From NCBI GenBank assembly GCA_951406725.2, contig OX597814.1, forward strand, positions 214,086,001 through 214,150,000: DNA of 64,000 nt. The letters run 5' to 3'. This DNA comes from Octopus vulgaris. Its lineage: Eukaryota. The notes below the pieces were generated by a model. It was not told where the DNA came from. It saw nothing but the letters and a program-made list of their open reading frames with translations, and searched no databases. Positions 24,770 to 37,794 of the stretch are shown in pieces. The position numbers were made by a program, and so were the translations under genes. Numbering within the stretch: position 1 is the stretch's first letter; each line of letters begins with the position of its first letter.

Positions 24770-25284
24770 TTAACCCTTTAGCATTTAGGTTATTCTGTCA
24801 AATGTAATGCTTATTTATTCACATTCTTTTGAATTAATCCTGCATTATCTCATAGCTCTGAGATTTAAAGGATGTGATTGTTTACTTTTAGTATGGCATT
24901 GTAGGGTAGGTGTAAGAGACAGCATTTGGTCAATTCGAGCATTAAACCTGCAGAATATTTTGGCCAGATTAAATGCAAAAGGGTTACATCACTCCTAACA
25001 TTTTTAAATAAAGGATAGCTGCAGACATGTCTACGATAAGCACTGACATGGTTGTGTGTTAACCCTTTAGTATTTAAACCGGCCATATCCGGCCAAAATA
25101 TTTAATCTGTTTTATGTTCAAACTGACCAGATCCAGGCCTTCACACCTACCCTACAATGTTATCTACATTAAGTAATTACACCATCAAGATCTTGAAGAT
25201 ATGAGATAATGCATGATTAATTCAAATCAATGGGAATCAATAAGCATTATGTTTGATAGGATAATCTGAACACTAAAGGGTTAA
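24770..25284. mobile_element. Two MITE2-type elements in opposite orientation (24770-24986, 25059-25284)
   Basis: TTAACCCTTTAG termini and body homology to 23933-24159. Confidence 0.82.
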
Positions 25285-25726
25285 AGAAGCTTGCTTCCCA
25301 ACCACATGGTTCCAGGTTCAGCCCCGCTGTGCAGCACCTTGGGAAAGTGTCTTGTACTATATAGCCTCAGGCTGAGTAAAGCCTTGTCAGTGGATTTGGT
25401 AGATGGAAATTGAAAAAAGCCCATCGTGTATATGTGTCCTTTGTGTTGACATTACACAATGATTGTAAGCAAGCACCACCATCATACAAGTGCAAGCTCA
25501 CGTCTATAATTTTGCATGATAATTGAGTTAATTCCCAATCAATCAGTTGTTTGTGTCCTGCTGTATCAACATGCATTTCTAATTATGAACAGTCTTGGAA
25601 GCCAACCAGCTCTGGTAGCAATATGGCCCTCACAATCTAACTGCCCAGCTACACCCTTGACTGCATGCATTGTTGCATACTGAATGTGGTTCATTCTATA
25701 CACAATGCTACTTGAACTATTCTGTA

Positions 25727-26192
25727 TGCTCACTTTCTTTACTACCCACAAGTGGCTAAACACAGAGAGGACAAACAAGGACAGACAAATGGATTAAGTC
25801 GATTACATTGGCATTCAATTGGCATATCAAGTAAACAGATAAGGGGTGCTGGTAGGAAGAGTATCCTGCCATAAAATACTACCTCAAATAAGTACCTGTC
25901 CAACTAATACCAGCATGCGTGGAGGCCTAGTGGTTAGAGCAGCGGACTCGCGGTCGAAGGATCACGGGTTCGAATCTCAGACCAGGCGATGTGTGTGCTT
26001 GTGAGCGAAACACCTAAGCTCCACGCGGCTCTGGCAGTTATGCACTGGTGCATAACTGGTACTTAATTTATCAACCCCGAAAGGATGAAAGGCAAAGTCG
26101 ACCTTGGCGGAATTTGAACTCAGAACGTAACGGCAGACGAAATATGGCTACGCATTTCGCCCAACGTGCTAACGTCTCTGCCAGCTCACCGC
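25727..26192 (-). mobile_element. SINE B split by a ~230-bp templated insertion (25811-26045)
   Basis: Tail half at 25727-25810 and head half at ~26046-26192. The insert is an inverted copy of 27072-27282. Confidence 0.8.
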
Positions 26193-26336
26193 TTTTTCTG
26201 TACGCTCACTATCAACAGAACAATATGCATTGTATATGTGTGCTACCACTTGAAGCACAGATCTTCCTGTATATGCTGCTGTCAACAGAACAGAACATTC
26301 TATTTGTATTGCTAAGTAGCAATAGTAGTAGTATGG

Positions 26337-26568
26337 CGGCGAGCTGGCAGAAACGTTAGCACGCCGGGCGAAATGCGTAGCCGTATTTCGTCTGCCGCTA
26401 CGTTCTGAGTTCAAATTCCGCCGCAGTTGACTTTGCCTTTCATCCTTTCGGGGTCGATAAATTAAGTACCAGTTACGCACTGGGGGTCGATATAATCGAC
26501 TTAATCCGTTTGTCTGTCCTTGTTTGTCCCCCTCTGTGTTTAGCCCCTTGTGGGTGGTAAAGAAATAG
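26337..26568 (+). mobile_element. SINE family B, full length
   Basis: TSD GTAGTAGTATGG (26325-26336, 26569-26580). Central GACTTTGCCTTTCATCCTTTCGGGGTCGATAAA (Deu/Nin-like, from memory). Confidence 0.9.
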
Positions 26569-26913
26569 GTAGTAGTATGGGGACGTGCTGTGACAGCATG
26601 TCGCTACTCTTAGCAGATGACACCTTTGCACTACTCAGGCAACAAACCCCCCGCAACCCATGTGTCTGTATGGGTAGTTGTTGCTGGTGAGGGTTATACA
26701 AGGTTAGAGCGTAAATCCTACTTCGACCTCTTTTAGTTGCTTTTTACAGCATGCAGAGGAAACATTGAATCTAGTCCTTTCACAATACATCATTAACATA
26801 AATTCCCCAGCATTTAATTAGAAGCTCGTTTAAAGCTGAGTCATTACAGCACACTTCTATACTTCTGTGTTTCATTCATTCATTTATTCTACATATTTTT
26901 CTATGCTGGTATT

Positions 26914-27199
26914 TTCCTCATCAAGCCATGCCTGACTCATAGGAGCGGTTTCCTTGGCGTATAGGTTCCCCACCTGGACGGGACGCCGGTCCGTCGCAGG
27001 AGGAAAGATGCAGGAGGAAAGAGTGAGAGAAAGTTGTAGCGAAAGAGTCAGCGGAAGTTCGCCATTACCTTCTGCCGGAGCCGCGTGGAGCTTAGGTGTT
27101 TCGCTCATAAACACACACATCGTCCGGTCTGAGATTCGAACCCAAGATCCTTCGACCGCGAGTTCACTGCTCCAACCACTAGGCCATGTGCCTCCACAC
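26914..27199 (-). mobile_element. SINE family C
   Basis: 11-bp TSD ATGCTGGTATT (26903-26913, 27200-27210). Confidence 0.9.
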
Positions 27200-27985
27200 A
27201 TGCTGGTATTGGTTGGACAGGTACTTATTCGAGGTAGTATTTTATAGCAAGGTACTCTTCCTACGGGCACCCCGTATCTGTTTTATAATTAAAGGGTTTA
27301 TCCCATTATTCCGAAAGCACAGAGCTACAGGATGTAGTTTTCACTGAGAATGTGAACATAAATAATATCACTGTTTTCTATTTTTATTTATTTTGCCCGG
27401 ATTTAAATAACAATAAATAAAGGTTTCAAATTTTGACCCAAGGTGAGCAGTTTTAGGGGAAAGTGATTCATCGATTACATTAACCCCCATTGCTCAAATG
27501 GTGCTTATTTTATTGACCCCAAAAGTATGATAGGCCAAGTTGACCTCAGCAGAATTTGAACTTGAAATCATAAAGAGTTGAAAGAAATGCTTAAAGCATT
27601 TTGCCCAATTTACTAATGATTGTGCCACCTCACCACCTTAATAACAATGAATAATGAAAACTAATGAAGTATTGGAAGCAAGATAATTATTTAATTTGTC
27701 TATAGAAAAATTCTAAATGCTTTCTAAAGTTATAATTCATATTTTGCTATTATTATAAACTTTACGTTTGATCCTTCTTGTTCAATAAAGTACCAGTCAT
27801 GTACTGGGTTGATGCAGTCAAGTAGCCCTTTCCCCCATAGTTTCAGGCCATGTACTTGTGTCAAGAACAATTTTAAAAATTTTTCTTCAGTTTTGTAAAA
27901 ATAATGTAATATGAAAGCAAAAATAGTTCAGTGTGTACTATTTGGTTTATAAACAGATTGGTTTGCTTTCAAAATAAGGCATGGC

Positions 27986-28029
<44 letters not shown>

Positions 28030-28030
<1 letters not shown>

Positions 28031-28490
28031 AATTAAGGACTGAACACGAAAAGTGGACAGTCAACATGCTAGATATAGACGTCAAATCGTCATTCTCCAC
28101 AAAAGATTATGTTCTTTTAAATATATAAATATTTTAATCTTCGATTCTTTAATATGCTAGACCACTGGTCTTAATTGATAAATATCAATTTCTACCCTTA
28201 ATTAATTTTATATATATATATATATATTACGTTATATAATTAGGGTTCAGTAAAATAATTTACTTTACCACACACACCGAACTTTTAGAAATAGCAGCCA
28301 AAAAATCTTAGCTATTTCTTCTACTCTAAGAAAAGACTCCCAGACAATGTATACAATGTAAAGTAAATTATTTTACTGAACCCTAATTATATAACGTAAT
28401 GTTTTAAATATACCGTAAATGGCCTTTTTACACACCAAACACTACTTGGTAAAATTAATTAATAATTAATTAATTTTACCCTTTTATTAT
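28030..28490. repeat. (TA)n-embedded repeat with a perfect 43-bp inverted repeat
   Basis: 28226-28268 is the exact reverse complement of 28358-28400. The segment is bounded by (TA)n runs. Confidence 0.7.
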
Positions 28491-29346
28491 TGATATATAT
28501 ATATATAGTTCAATGTTATGTGTTGACTTGGACATTTAAAATGAGCAAGCTAATATAGACACCAGGACTTAAAACTGGCATTGTTGTGGGGGTTTGGGTT
28601 TTTTTCTTTTCCCCACTGTATATTATTAGCTTATAAGTATCCGCAATGTAAATTAGGTAATTTGAGTCAACTGTAAATATCTTGGTTAATTTGATATGAT
28701 CCTGTTGTTTTAACATTATTGCAATGAGTCTCACTAATTAAAGAATAAATAAATAAATAAAACCATTAACTAGAAAATTATATTTCAAAATACATGTATT
28801 ACAATGAAATTCATATGAAAGTGCTGGAAAGGCTGACCTATTGATACTTGGGTTTTTTTGGTTGTTGATTTTTTTTATATATGCATGTTTTCTAATGTTT
28901 GTTAAAAGTGAGAGAGAGAGAGAGAGAGAAAGTTCATTTTTTCTCTTTGTAGGTCAAACCTCAAGTTAATTGTTACACAATTCTATTACTCTAAGCACTC
29001 TTATATCATTTTTATTATTCTTCGAAAATGATAGCTGATGATAACATTCTCCTCGACTGCTTGAAGCAGCTCAGATATGTTATGATGTCTGGAACAACTA
29101 TAGATATAGTTGAAAGAGCAAAAATTTCTGTCTTTTACTTGCCACTTTATTCATTTCCATGTCTATTCTAAAGAAATAATTATGAAAAGGTTATGTGTAT
29201 TTTTCATGGTATTATTCGTAATAATAATTATTATTATTAACATCATAGTTTCAAGATAAACTAATGAGTTGTTAGTTGACATTTTGATGTAATTTGGTTT
29301 TTTTAATCAGTTCAGATACAATAAAATAGTCTCGATGAAATAGCCA

Positions 29347-29748
29347 CAGGAGTGGCTGTGTGGTAAGTAGCTTGCTAACCAACCACATGGTTGCGGGTTC
29401 ATTCCCACTGCGTGGCATCTTGGGCAAGTGTCTTCTGCTATAGCCCCGGGCCGACCAATGCCTTGTGAGTGGATTTGGTAGATGGAAACTGAAAGAAGCC
29501 TGTCGTATATATGTATATATATATGTGTGTGTGTGTGTGATTGTGTGTCTGTGTTTGTCCCCCTAGCATTGCTTGACAACCGATGCTGGTGTGTTTACGT
29601 CCCCGTCACTTAGCGGTTCGGCAAAAGAGACCGATAGAATAAGTACTGGGCTTACAAAGAATAAGTTCCAGGGTCGATTTGCTCGACTAAAGGCAGTGCT
29701 CCAGCATGGCCGCAGTCAAATGACTGAAACAAGTAAAAGAGTAAAGAG
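29347..29748 (+). mobile_element. SINE family A
   Basis: Full-length match. Confidence 0.9.
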
Positions 29749-30170
29749 ATGATGCAATATTTTCCAGATTTTATAAGTGGTCCTAGTTAATGTTCATCAC
29801 AAACAAATTGTTAGATTGGTTGTTTTTTTTTTTGTTGTTGTTGAAAATTTTTTTTCTTTTACACCATTTGTTTCCTTTGTAGAACGATTGTTGTCAAAGT
29901 GTAAAACTTTGAGGAAAGGCTAACATTCATAAGCTGTTCACGGAGAACTTTGAAGCAGTAACAAACATTAAAACTAGGTTAAATTTTCTTTCAAACTGTT
30001 TGTGTTTAGATTTTATTAACTTAGAATTTTATTTCAGCCAAATTAGACTCGAGATCCTCTTGGATTTTAGAACCACTTTTTTTGTTTTAAAAATTTGACT
30101 GATATAGTGTTGCTCATGATATTATGGTATACTATGAATGAAAAGATGTACATACAAAAGATGTAAAAAA

Positions 30171-30331
30171 GCGCAGGAGTGGTTGTGTGGTAAGTAACTT
30201 GCTAACCAACCACATGATTGCGGGTTCAGTCCCACTGCGTGGCATCTTGGGCAAGTGTCTTCTGCTATAGCCCTGGGCCGACCAATGCCTTGTGAGTGGA
30301 TTTGGTAGACGGAAACTGAAAGAAGTCCGTC

Positions 30332-30375
<44 letters not shown>

Positions 30376-30610
30376 CTGTGTTTGTCCCCCTAGCATTGCT
30401 TGACAACCGATGCTGGTGTGTTTATGTCCCCGTCACTTAGCGGTTCGGCAAAAGAGACCGATAGAATAAGTAGTAGGCTTACAAAGAATAAGTCCCGGGG
30501 TCGAGTTGCTCGACTAAAAGCAGTGCTCCAGCATGGCCGCACTCAACTGGCTGAAACGAGTAACAGAGTAAAGAGAGTCTAATGATTGAAACAAGTAAAG
30601 GATAAAAGAC
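30171..30610 (+). mobile_element. SINE family A with variant/double tail
   Basis: Full head and body. Tail CACTCAACTGGCTGAAACGAG is followed by a second, older tail. Confidence 0.85.
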
Positions 30611-31108
30611 GTATTGAACTGCTGCAGTTGTTTACCACATCAGCTTCCCCACTTTTTCTCCAAACACTCATGGTTTGGACACTTGGACAGAATCCAGTGA
30701 GTCACAGGGTCATGTCAAGCTCCAGCCACTAGTGCTGGTGACGCAAAAATAAGCACCCGGTACACTCTATTAAGTAGTAGTTGACATTAGGAAGAGCATC
30801 CAGCCATATAAACTATGCCAAAGTTTACATCGGAGCTCAACATGACCATCTGTGGCTCACCAGATCCTGTCAAAGTCTCCAATCCATGCCGGCAAGGAAA
30901 ATGGACATTGAAAGAGGATAATGATACTCTCATTTTTTTTTATATCTTTATATAAAATTTCCTCTGTTTTGTATCTGGGAAGATTCATTTTATGGGAAGA
31001 TTCATTTTATGGGAAGTTTCATTTTATTCCTCTGTATTTTCAAGGCTGCTACTGCCATTGTGAGTTTCCTCCACCTGCCGCCTTTGAAGAAGCCATGTTC
31101 TGAAAATC

Positions 31109-31360
31109 GTGCCGGTGGACACATAAAAAGCACCATCCGATCGTGGCCGTTTGCCAGCCTCGTCTGGCACCTGTGCCGGTGGCACGTAAAAAGCACCCAC
31201 TACACTCACGGAGTGGTTGGCGTTAGGAAGGGCATCCAGCTGTAGAAACACTGCCAGATCAGATTGGAGCCTGGTGCAGCCTTCTGGCTTCCCAGACCCC
31301 AGTTGAACCGTCCAACCCATGCCAGCATGGAAAGTGGACGTTAAATGATGATGATGATGA
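31109..31360 (+). mobile_element. Family D copy
   Basis: Starts at GTGCCGGTGG and ends in (GAT)n. Confidence 0.88.
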
Positions 31361-31532
31361 AACGGTATCTCTGCAAGAAACTTAAAAGTTAAATAAGCAA
31401 AAGGAAAACCCTTTTTCCATTCCAGGCAGAGCAGAAAATGCAAAATTTAATTCCTATCCAAACCAGTATGCAAATAGATAGATAAAAACAAAACATATAA
31501 TAAATTGATTAGTTGAAATAGAAAAACAAAAC

Positions 31533-31926
31533 GGCTGTGTGGTAAGTAGCTTGCGTACAAACCACATGGTTCCGGGTTCAGTCCCACTGCATGGCACCTT
31601 GGGCAAGTGTCTTCTACTATAGCCTCGGGCCGACCAAAGCCTTGTGAGTGGATTTGGTAGACAGAAACTGAAAGAAGCCCGTCGTATATATGTATATATA
31701 TATATATATATGTGTGTGTCTGTCTGTGTTTGTCCCCCCCAACATCACTTGACAACCGATGCTGGTGTGTTTACGTCCCCGTAACTTAGCGGTTCGGCAA
31801 AAGAGACGATAGAATAAGTACTGGGCTTACAAAGAATAAGTCCCGGGGTCGATTTGCTCGACTAAAAAAAGGCGGTGCTCCAGCATGGCCACAGTCAAAT
31901 GACTGAAACAAGTAAAAGAGTAAAAG
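31533..31926 (+). mobile_element. SINE family A
   Basis: Near full-length match. Confidence 0.9.
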
Positions 31927-32433
31927 CATGAAAGAGTATCCACTTGGATTATTACAAACATTAAATTGCGAGGTGTAAAAAGTACCCTTACCTTCTGTTG
32001 GTAATCCAGTTATTGATAACAATGTCTTACACTTGGCACAAGGTCAAAAGATTTGGGAAAGGGGACCAGCCAATTAAAACATAACTGATGTTTGTTTTAT
32101 CAACTGGGGTCAGCCTTGGTAGTTTTTGGAATAGGATGTAAAAAAAAAAGGTAACAAAATACTGCAATGTATTTTGCTTGGTGCCCCTACCATTCCTGTT
32201 ATCCACTACCCTACTGACAATAATAGTAACAATAATACATTAGCACAAGGTCACAGCTTTGTAGGGGAGATGTAAAAATTGGTTGACTTGATCCCCATTA
32301 TGTGCAAAAGCCAAGTGGACAATGGTGGCATTATGAAAGCAGCCTGTAAAGGAACGAAACTAAATACTTTAAAGGTATTTAGTGGTACACTCAATAATAA
32401 TAATAATAATGATAATAATAATAATGATGATAA

Positions 32434-32634
32434 TCATCATCATCATCATCATCATTGTCGTTTAACGTCCGTTCTCCATGCTAGCATGGGTTGGACGGTT
32501 CGACCGGGGTTCTGGGAAGCCAGAAGGCTGCACCAGGCTCCAGTCTAATCTGGCAATGTTTCTACAGCTGGATGCCCTTCCTAACGCCAACCACTCCGTG
32601 AGTGTAGTGGGTGCTTTTTACGTGCCACCTGCAC
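32434..32634 (-). mobile_element. Family D copy in a (TAA)n tract
   Basis: Its 5' end is at GTGCAGGTGG. Confidence 0.88.
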
Positions 32635-32654
32635 GATAATAATGATAATAATAA

Positions 32655-33100
32655 TAATCGACATGAGCATCCCCTGTGATCATAATATCTCAGCGAAAGA
32701 GTTTGACAAGCTCAGAAAATATAAAGACCTACTCATTGAAATTGAGAAAATGTGGCATCTCAAGGCGGTTACAATACCAGTGATCGTAGGAGCACTAGGA
32801 ATGATCAAGAAGGGAACCGAAAATTATATGAGAATGATCCCTGGCTTACCATCCCTGCAAGAAGTGCAAAAGATTGTCTTAACTGGTACATCACACGTAT
32901 TGAGAAGAGCATTGTCGATGTGAGAACTGTTGCTGCTCATGTATTTTAATTTAACTTTAAAAAAAAAAAAAAAAAAAAAAAATGAACGAACTACTGAGTT
33001 TGCTTTAATGGCCTACCAATATACACTATGAGTTTCTTTGCCCTAGGAGTCGGGAAGACCCTCGGCAAGAAATGGAAGAAAATTTGAAAGAAGAAAAAAA
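32655..33100 (+). mobile_element. R4/Dong-like RLE retrotransposon 3' fragment inserted in (TAA)n
   Basis: IDMSIPCDHNISAKEFDKLRKYKDLLIEIEKMWHLKAVTIPVIVGALG..LTGTSHVLRRAL* plus 3'UTR, with TAA repeats on both sides. Confidence 0.88.
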
Positions 33101-33166
33101 AAAGTAATAACAATAATAATAATAATAATAATAATAACAATAACAATAACAATAATAATAATAATG

Positions 33167-33205
<39 letters not shown>

Positions 33206-34273
33206 GTGATGACAATCTCTGGAAAAAAAATCTTGTGTTGAAATAAATTTTAATTTGTTATTTAAGGTAGGAGAAAAATATTTACATAATTGGCTACTGT
33301 TGAATCAGGGATTTTCTTTTCTTAGTTTTTTATAATTTTCAGTAAAATGCACTTTTTTTAATGCTACTTATTCTTTATTTAGAACGCTTTCAAACAGTGT
33401 CTGAAGTTGATTAACTGGCCACAGCCATTAGATGTAAATAAATTTCATACTGTTTTAATTTCTCTCTAATTTTATTTTTAAAAAAAAAGGACACAGTTTG
33501 TTGTCTGTATATTATTGGCACACTGTAAATAGTTAACAGATGTTATTTTTAAAAGAATGGCATACAACTTCCTCATTTTCTTTCTAAATCTGTGTCTTTT
33601 GTCAAAACTGTAATGGCTTTTAGAGTGAAGTAAGCCTCTTAAATTTTAGTAATCCACCCAAAAAAGCAATTACTAAAATAGTCATACTTTAAGTATTCAT
33701 CTCACACACACAACCTCATGGCAAAATATAATTAAAACGATGTAGTTGGACACAAATGCTATTCTATATAATATTGTAGGTTACTCATTACAATTAAGCT
33801 AAGAATCTACCCACTAAAAGATTAGCATTCAAATATGTACAGACATAGGTGAATAGCTTAGTGTTTTTTTCTGTTGTTTTTGTTTTTTTTTTGCAGGTCA
33901 GAAGGGCAGTCTAGTGATCATTGTTAATTTCTTTGCATTCTCTTTTCAAAACAGATCTAAATCAGCCAGATATTTAGTTGTTAGCCTTAGGGTGGTGGAT
34001 TAACAGAATCATTAATATCAGACACAGTGCCTTATGGTATTTAGCAAATAGCCTCTTATATTCTGAGTTCAAATAATGCTGAGGTCAACTTTGTCTTTAT
34101 CTTTCCAGGGTCAATAAAAAAAATAATACCAATCAAGAATGACTGAGGTCAAAATAATTAATTGGACCATCCCCAAAAGTCTGTTGCATTGTGTCCTTTG
34201 GCAGAAATCAATATTATTGTTCACCTAACCTTTTTTTTTTTTTTAAGCTGTTTTTCATATCTCGTCTGTGCAA

Positions 34274-35194
34274 TACTCTTTTACTTGTTTCAGTCATTTG
34301 ACTGTGGCCATGCTGGAGCACCGCCTTTAGTCGAGCAAATCGACCCCCAGGACTTATTCTTTGTAAGCCTCGTACTTATTCTAGCGGTCTCTTTCGCCGG
34401 ACCGCTAAGTTATGGGGACGCAAACACACCAGCATCGGTTGTCAAGCGATGTTGGGGGGACAAACACAGACACACACACATATATACATATATACGACGG
34501 GCTTCTTTCAGTTTCCGTCTACCAAATCCACTCACAAGGCTTTGGTCGGCCCGAGGCTATAGTAGAAGACACTTGCCCAAGGTGCCATGCAGTGGGACTG
34601 AACCTAGAACCTTGTGGTCGGTAAGCAAGCTACTTACCACACAACCACTCCTGTGCCTTGTTTATTTCTTTTTATTAGTCTACCCATCATAATTTAACTC
34701 TGTCATCATTTTCAAAGGGATTTTATTAATAAATGTTTCTTTAGGCACAAGATCAGTTTTGAGTGGAAGGGTTACTTGATACCATTGACCCCTCATAATC
34801 AGTACTGTATTGTATCCACCTGAAAGGAATGAAAGCAGCACTGACCTCAATGAGATTTGTACGTGGCACCTTGGGCAAGTGTCTTCTACTATAGCCTCGG
34901 GCCAACCAAAGCCTTCTGAGTGTATTTGGTAGACGGAAACTGAAAGAAGCCCGTCGTATATATGTATATGTGTGTGTGTATACATTTCTGTGTCTGTGTT
35001 TGTCCCCACAACATCGCTTGACAACCGATGCTGGTGTGTTTACGTCCCCGTAACTTAGCGGTTCGGCAAAAGAGACCAATTGAATAAGTACTGGGCTTAC
35101 AAAGAATAAGTCCTGGGGTCGATTTGCTCGACTAAAGGCGGTGCTCCAGCATGGCCACAGTCAAATGACTGAAACAAGTAAAAGAGTAAAGAGT
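34274..35194. mobile_element. Head-to-head SINE A pair (34274-34657 minus; 34862-35194 plus)
   Basis: Two high-identity A copies ~200 bp apart in opposite orientation. Confidence 0.9.
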
Positions 35195-35892
35195 ATCTTG
35201 AAGCCTCTTGAACATTTTCATTGAGAAGCGCCAATGAATCCTTTAAACAGAACAAAATATCAATAATAAGTATGGACAAAAGTGAAATTCTGTCTACTGT
35301 CAGTGCTGTAAATGTTTATTTTGTGCAGTAAGATACAAAGTTGAATATCAGTTTTAATAACATAGCCTACTTCACTCTCATTACTGGTCTTTCAGCTTTC
35401 AGTCATATATCTCCTAAGTATATCCAAATATATCCAAATCAATTTATGTAATCTGACTACATCAAACAACTTTGTTGCACATATGTAATGGCCCTTCCCT
35501 GTTTTCTAATCTTCTTTACTAATTAGTTGTAAGCTAATAGATAGAATTCCAGTGTAATTCTTCACTGCAAATTATACAAAGTATAGCCCCATGGATTTGT
35601 GATTATTCATGAATACACTCCTCCTTAACATTTAGATTTTGAGGAAAATATTTTTGCCAGTTAGTCTCCAATCTTCTAATAATTGCTGTTGTAGCTTTTA
35701 ACTTTTTGTATCACCCAACATCAGCGATAATGATATTTAGAAAGTTAAACATAACGTAGAGACTGAAATTGTTGCAAATAGAGTATCAATTTCAATTAAT
35801 TTTATTGAATTTAATATCAAATAAATGAGTATATGTATTTGTCCAACCCATGCTAGCATGGAAAATTGATGTTAAGCAATGATGATGTATTA

Positions 35893-36300
35893 TAAAGTGG
35901 TGAGCTGGCAGAATCATTAGCAGGCCAAGCAACATTCTTATTTCTTTACTACTCACAAGGAGCTAAACGTAGAGAGTACAAACAAGGACAGACGAACGGA
36001 TTAAATCGATTACATCGACCCCAGTGCATAACCGGTACTTAATTTATCGACCCCGAAAGGATGAAAGGCAAAGTCGACCTAGGCGGAATTTGAACTCAGA
36101 ACGTAAGACGAAATACCGCTAGGCATTTCGTGGCATTCCATCCATCCTTATGTTCTGAGTTCAAATTCAGCTGAGGTCAACTTGGCCTGTCATCCCTTCA
36201 GGGTCAATTAAGTATCAGTTGATCACTGGTGTTGATGTACTTTAACTTATCCTCCACCCCAAAAAAATTGCTGCCCTTGTACCAAAATTTGAAACACTAT
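35893..36300. mobile_element. Old SINE B (+) interrupted by a younger SINE B (-, ~35938-36130)
   Basis: Head at 35897 and resumed body at ~36130 flank an antisense copy. Confidence 0.75.
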
Positions 36301-36428
36301 TAAGTATTATTGAATGCAGATTAGCTGGTATTGCAGAAATTAGAACTCTTTTTTATATGACACAAAAATATTCAATGGCTTTTGATTAAACAGCTTATTT
36401 CTACATGAGTAGGGATATATTTGGTATA

Positions 36429-36597
36429 CAGGGTGTCCCAGAAGTCGCGCACCATTCTGGTTTTCATTTAAAATAATTAAAGCATTTTATTTTATTATAT
36501 TTTTTCTGCATGTTTTATTGTAGAGGGTGCTCACTTTGAGCATTTGTTATGGTTAATTTAAAATACCAGGGTGGTGCACGACTTCTGGGACACCCTG
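36429..36597. mobile_element. Tc1/mariner-type MITE
   Basis: TIR CAGGGTGTCCCAGAAGTCG(C/T)GCACCA with TA at both ends. Confidence 0.9.
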
Positions 36598-37110
36598 TAT
36601 ATTCTGCATATTAAACTACATGATTTTATCTTTCTATTGTATAACTATATAATGTTTGGCAGCCTTACCTGTATGGTATTGCATCTTAATGGATTCAAAC
36701 AAATTAGATCCATTGCATTAGTTTTAATGCAATGGCTGGTCACATGATTACATATTTAATTAACAACACATCTATTTGAGCTCACAGTTACTATTCTAAT
36801 TTTCGACATGTTTAACCATTTTGATTCCAACCTACCGAAGTCCACATCTGGCTCTATGATTCAAACTTCCTGTTTAAAGTGATCTAAATCAAAACCTTTC
36901 CTCAAAATTCCATGTTAATTTATGTTCCAAAAACACCAGCTTGATTTAGTAAATTCTTCATTATTTTCCAAATTAATTCTAACAAAAACAGTGTATTTCA
37001 ACAGAAATATGGTAATAAAAAAGCGAAAATGCCATATAAAAAAAAAGTCAGTGCTACACTCATTATTTACATGTGGTTTGTACATGCTATGGTAGATTAA
37101 CACTCTAGAT

Positions 37111-37370
37111 CAGTGGTTTTCAACCAGGGTTCCGTGGAACCTTAGGGTTCCGCCAGTTACAGTCGACAGGGTAATTTTTAATTTCCTGTGCAGATATGTT
37201 ACAAAATGACTAAAATCGACAGTATCATCATTTTAATTCTGCGCTGTGCAGATATGTGTGCATAAGACTAATTAAATTATTGCACACTGGTCCAGGGTGG
37301 CGGGTCCGGCATCGAGCCTGTGAAATGTTTTTTTGAGGTTCCGCTCCGGCAAAAAGTTTGAAAAGCACTG
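37111..37370. mobile_element. hAT (Charlie-like) MITE
   Basis: TIR CAGTGGTTTTCAA / TTGAAAAGCACTG and 8-bp TSD CTCTAGAT (37103-37110, 37371-37378). Confidence 0.92.
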
Positions 37371-37794
37371 CTCTAGATTTTGGACAGCTGTTAAATCTCA
37401 TCAATATGGTTTGATTATTCTTTGACTTGTTCCATCCAGCCTGTCAGCTTTGGTGAAAATATAAGCATTTTATTTAGTTGCAGATAAACTTAGAGTATGA
37501 TCAGTGAGGGTGATTGGACAACTTACTCACTTATCAGGTCAGATTGTGAAATAATAATCTGGTTGGGTTTGCATAGGCAAAATAATATCAAAATAAAACA
37601 TAAGCAGTAATGGGGAGGATGGGGGGACATACAGAAGTACAAAGTGAATGTAATACAAAGAAAGGAATGTAAATCAGTGTTTCAGACAGTGGACCCTTCT
37701 CAAGACAGAAGGAGAGAAAGAAAGAAAAAAAATTGGGTGAAAACATGGTGGTGGTAGGTCAGAGCTGTGGTGTGCTTGAATGACAGATATGAAG

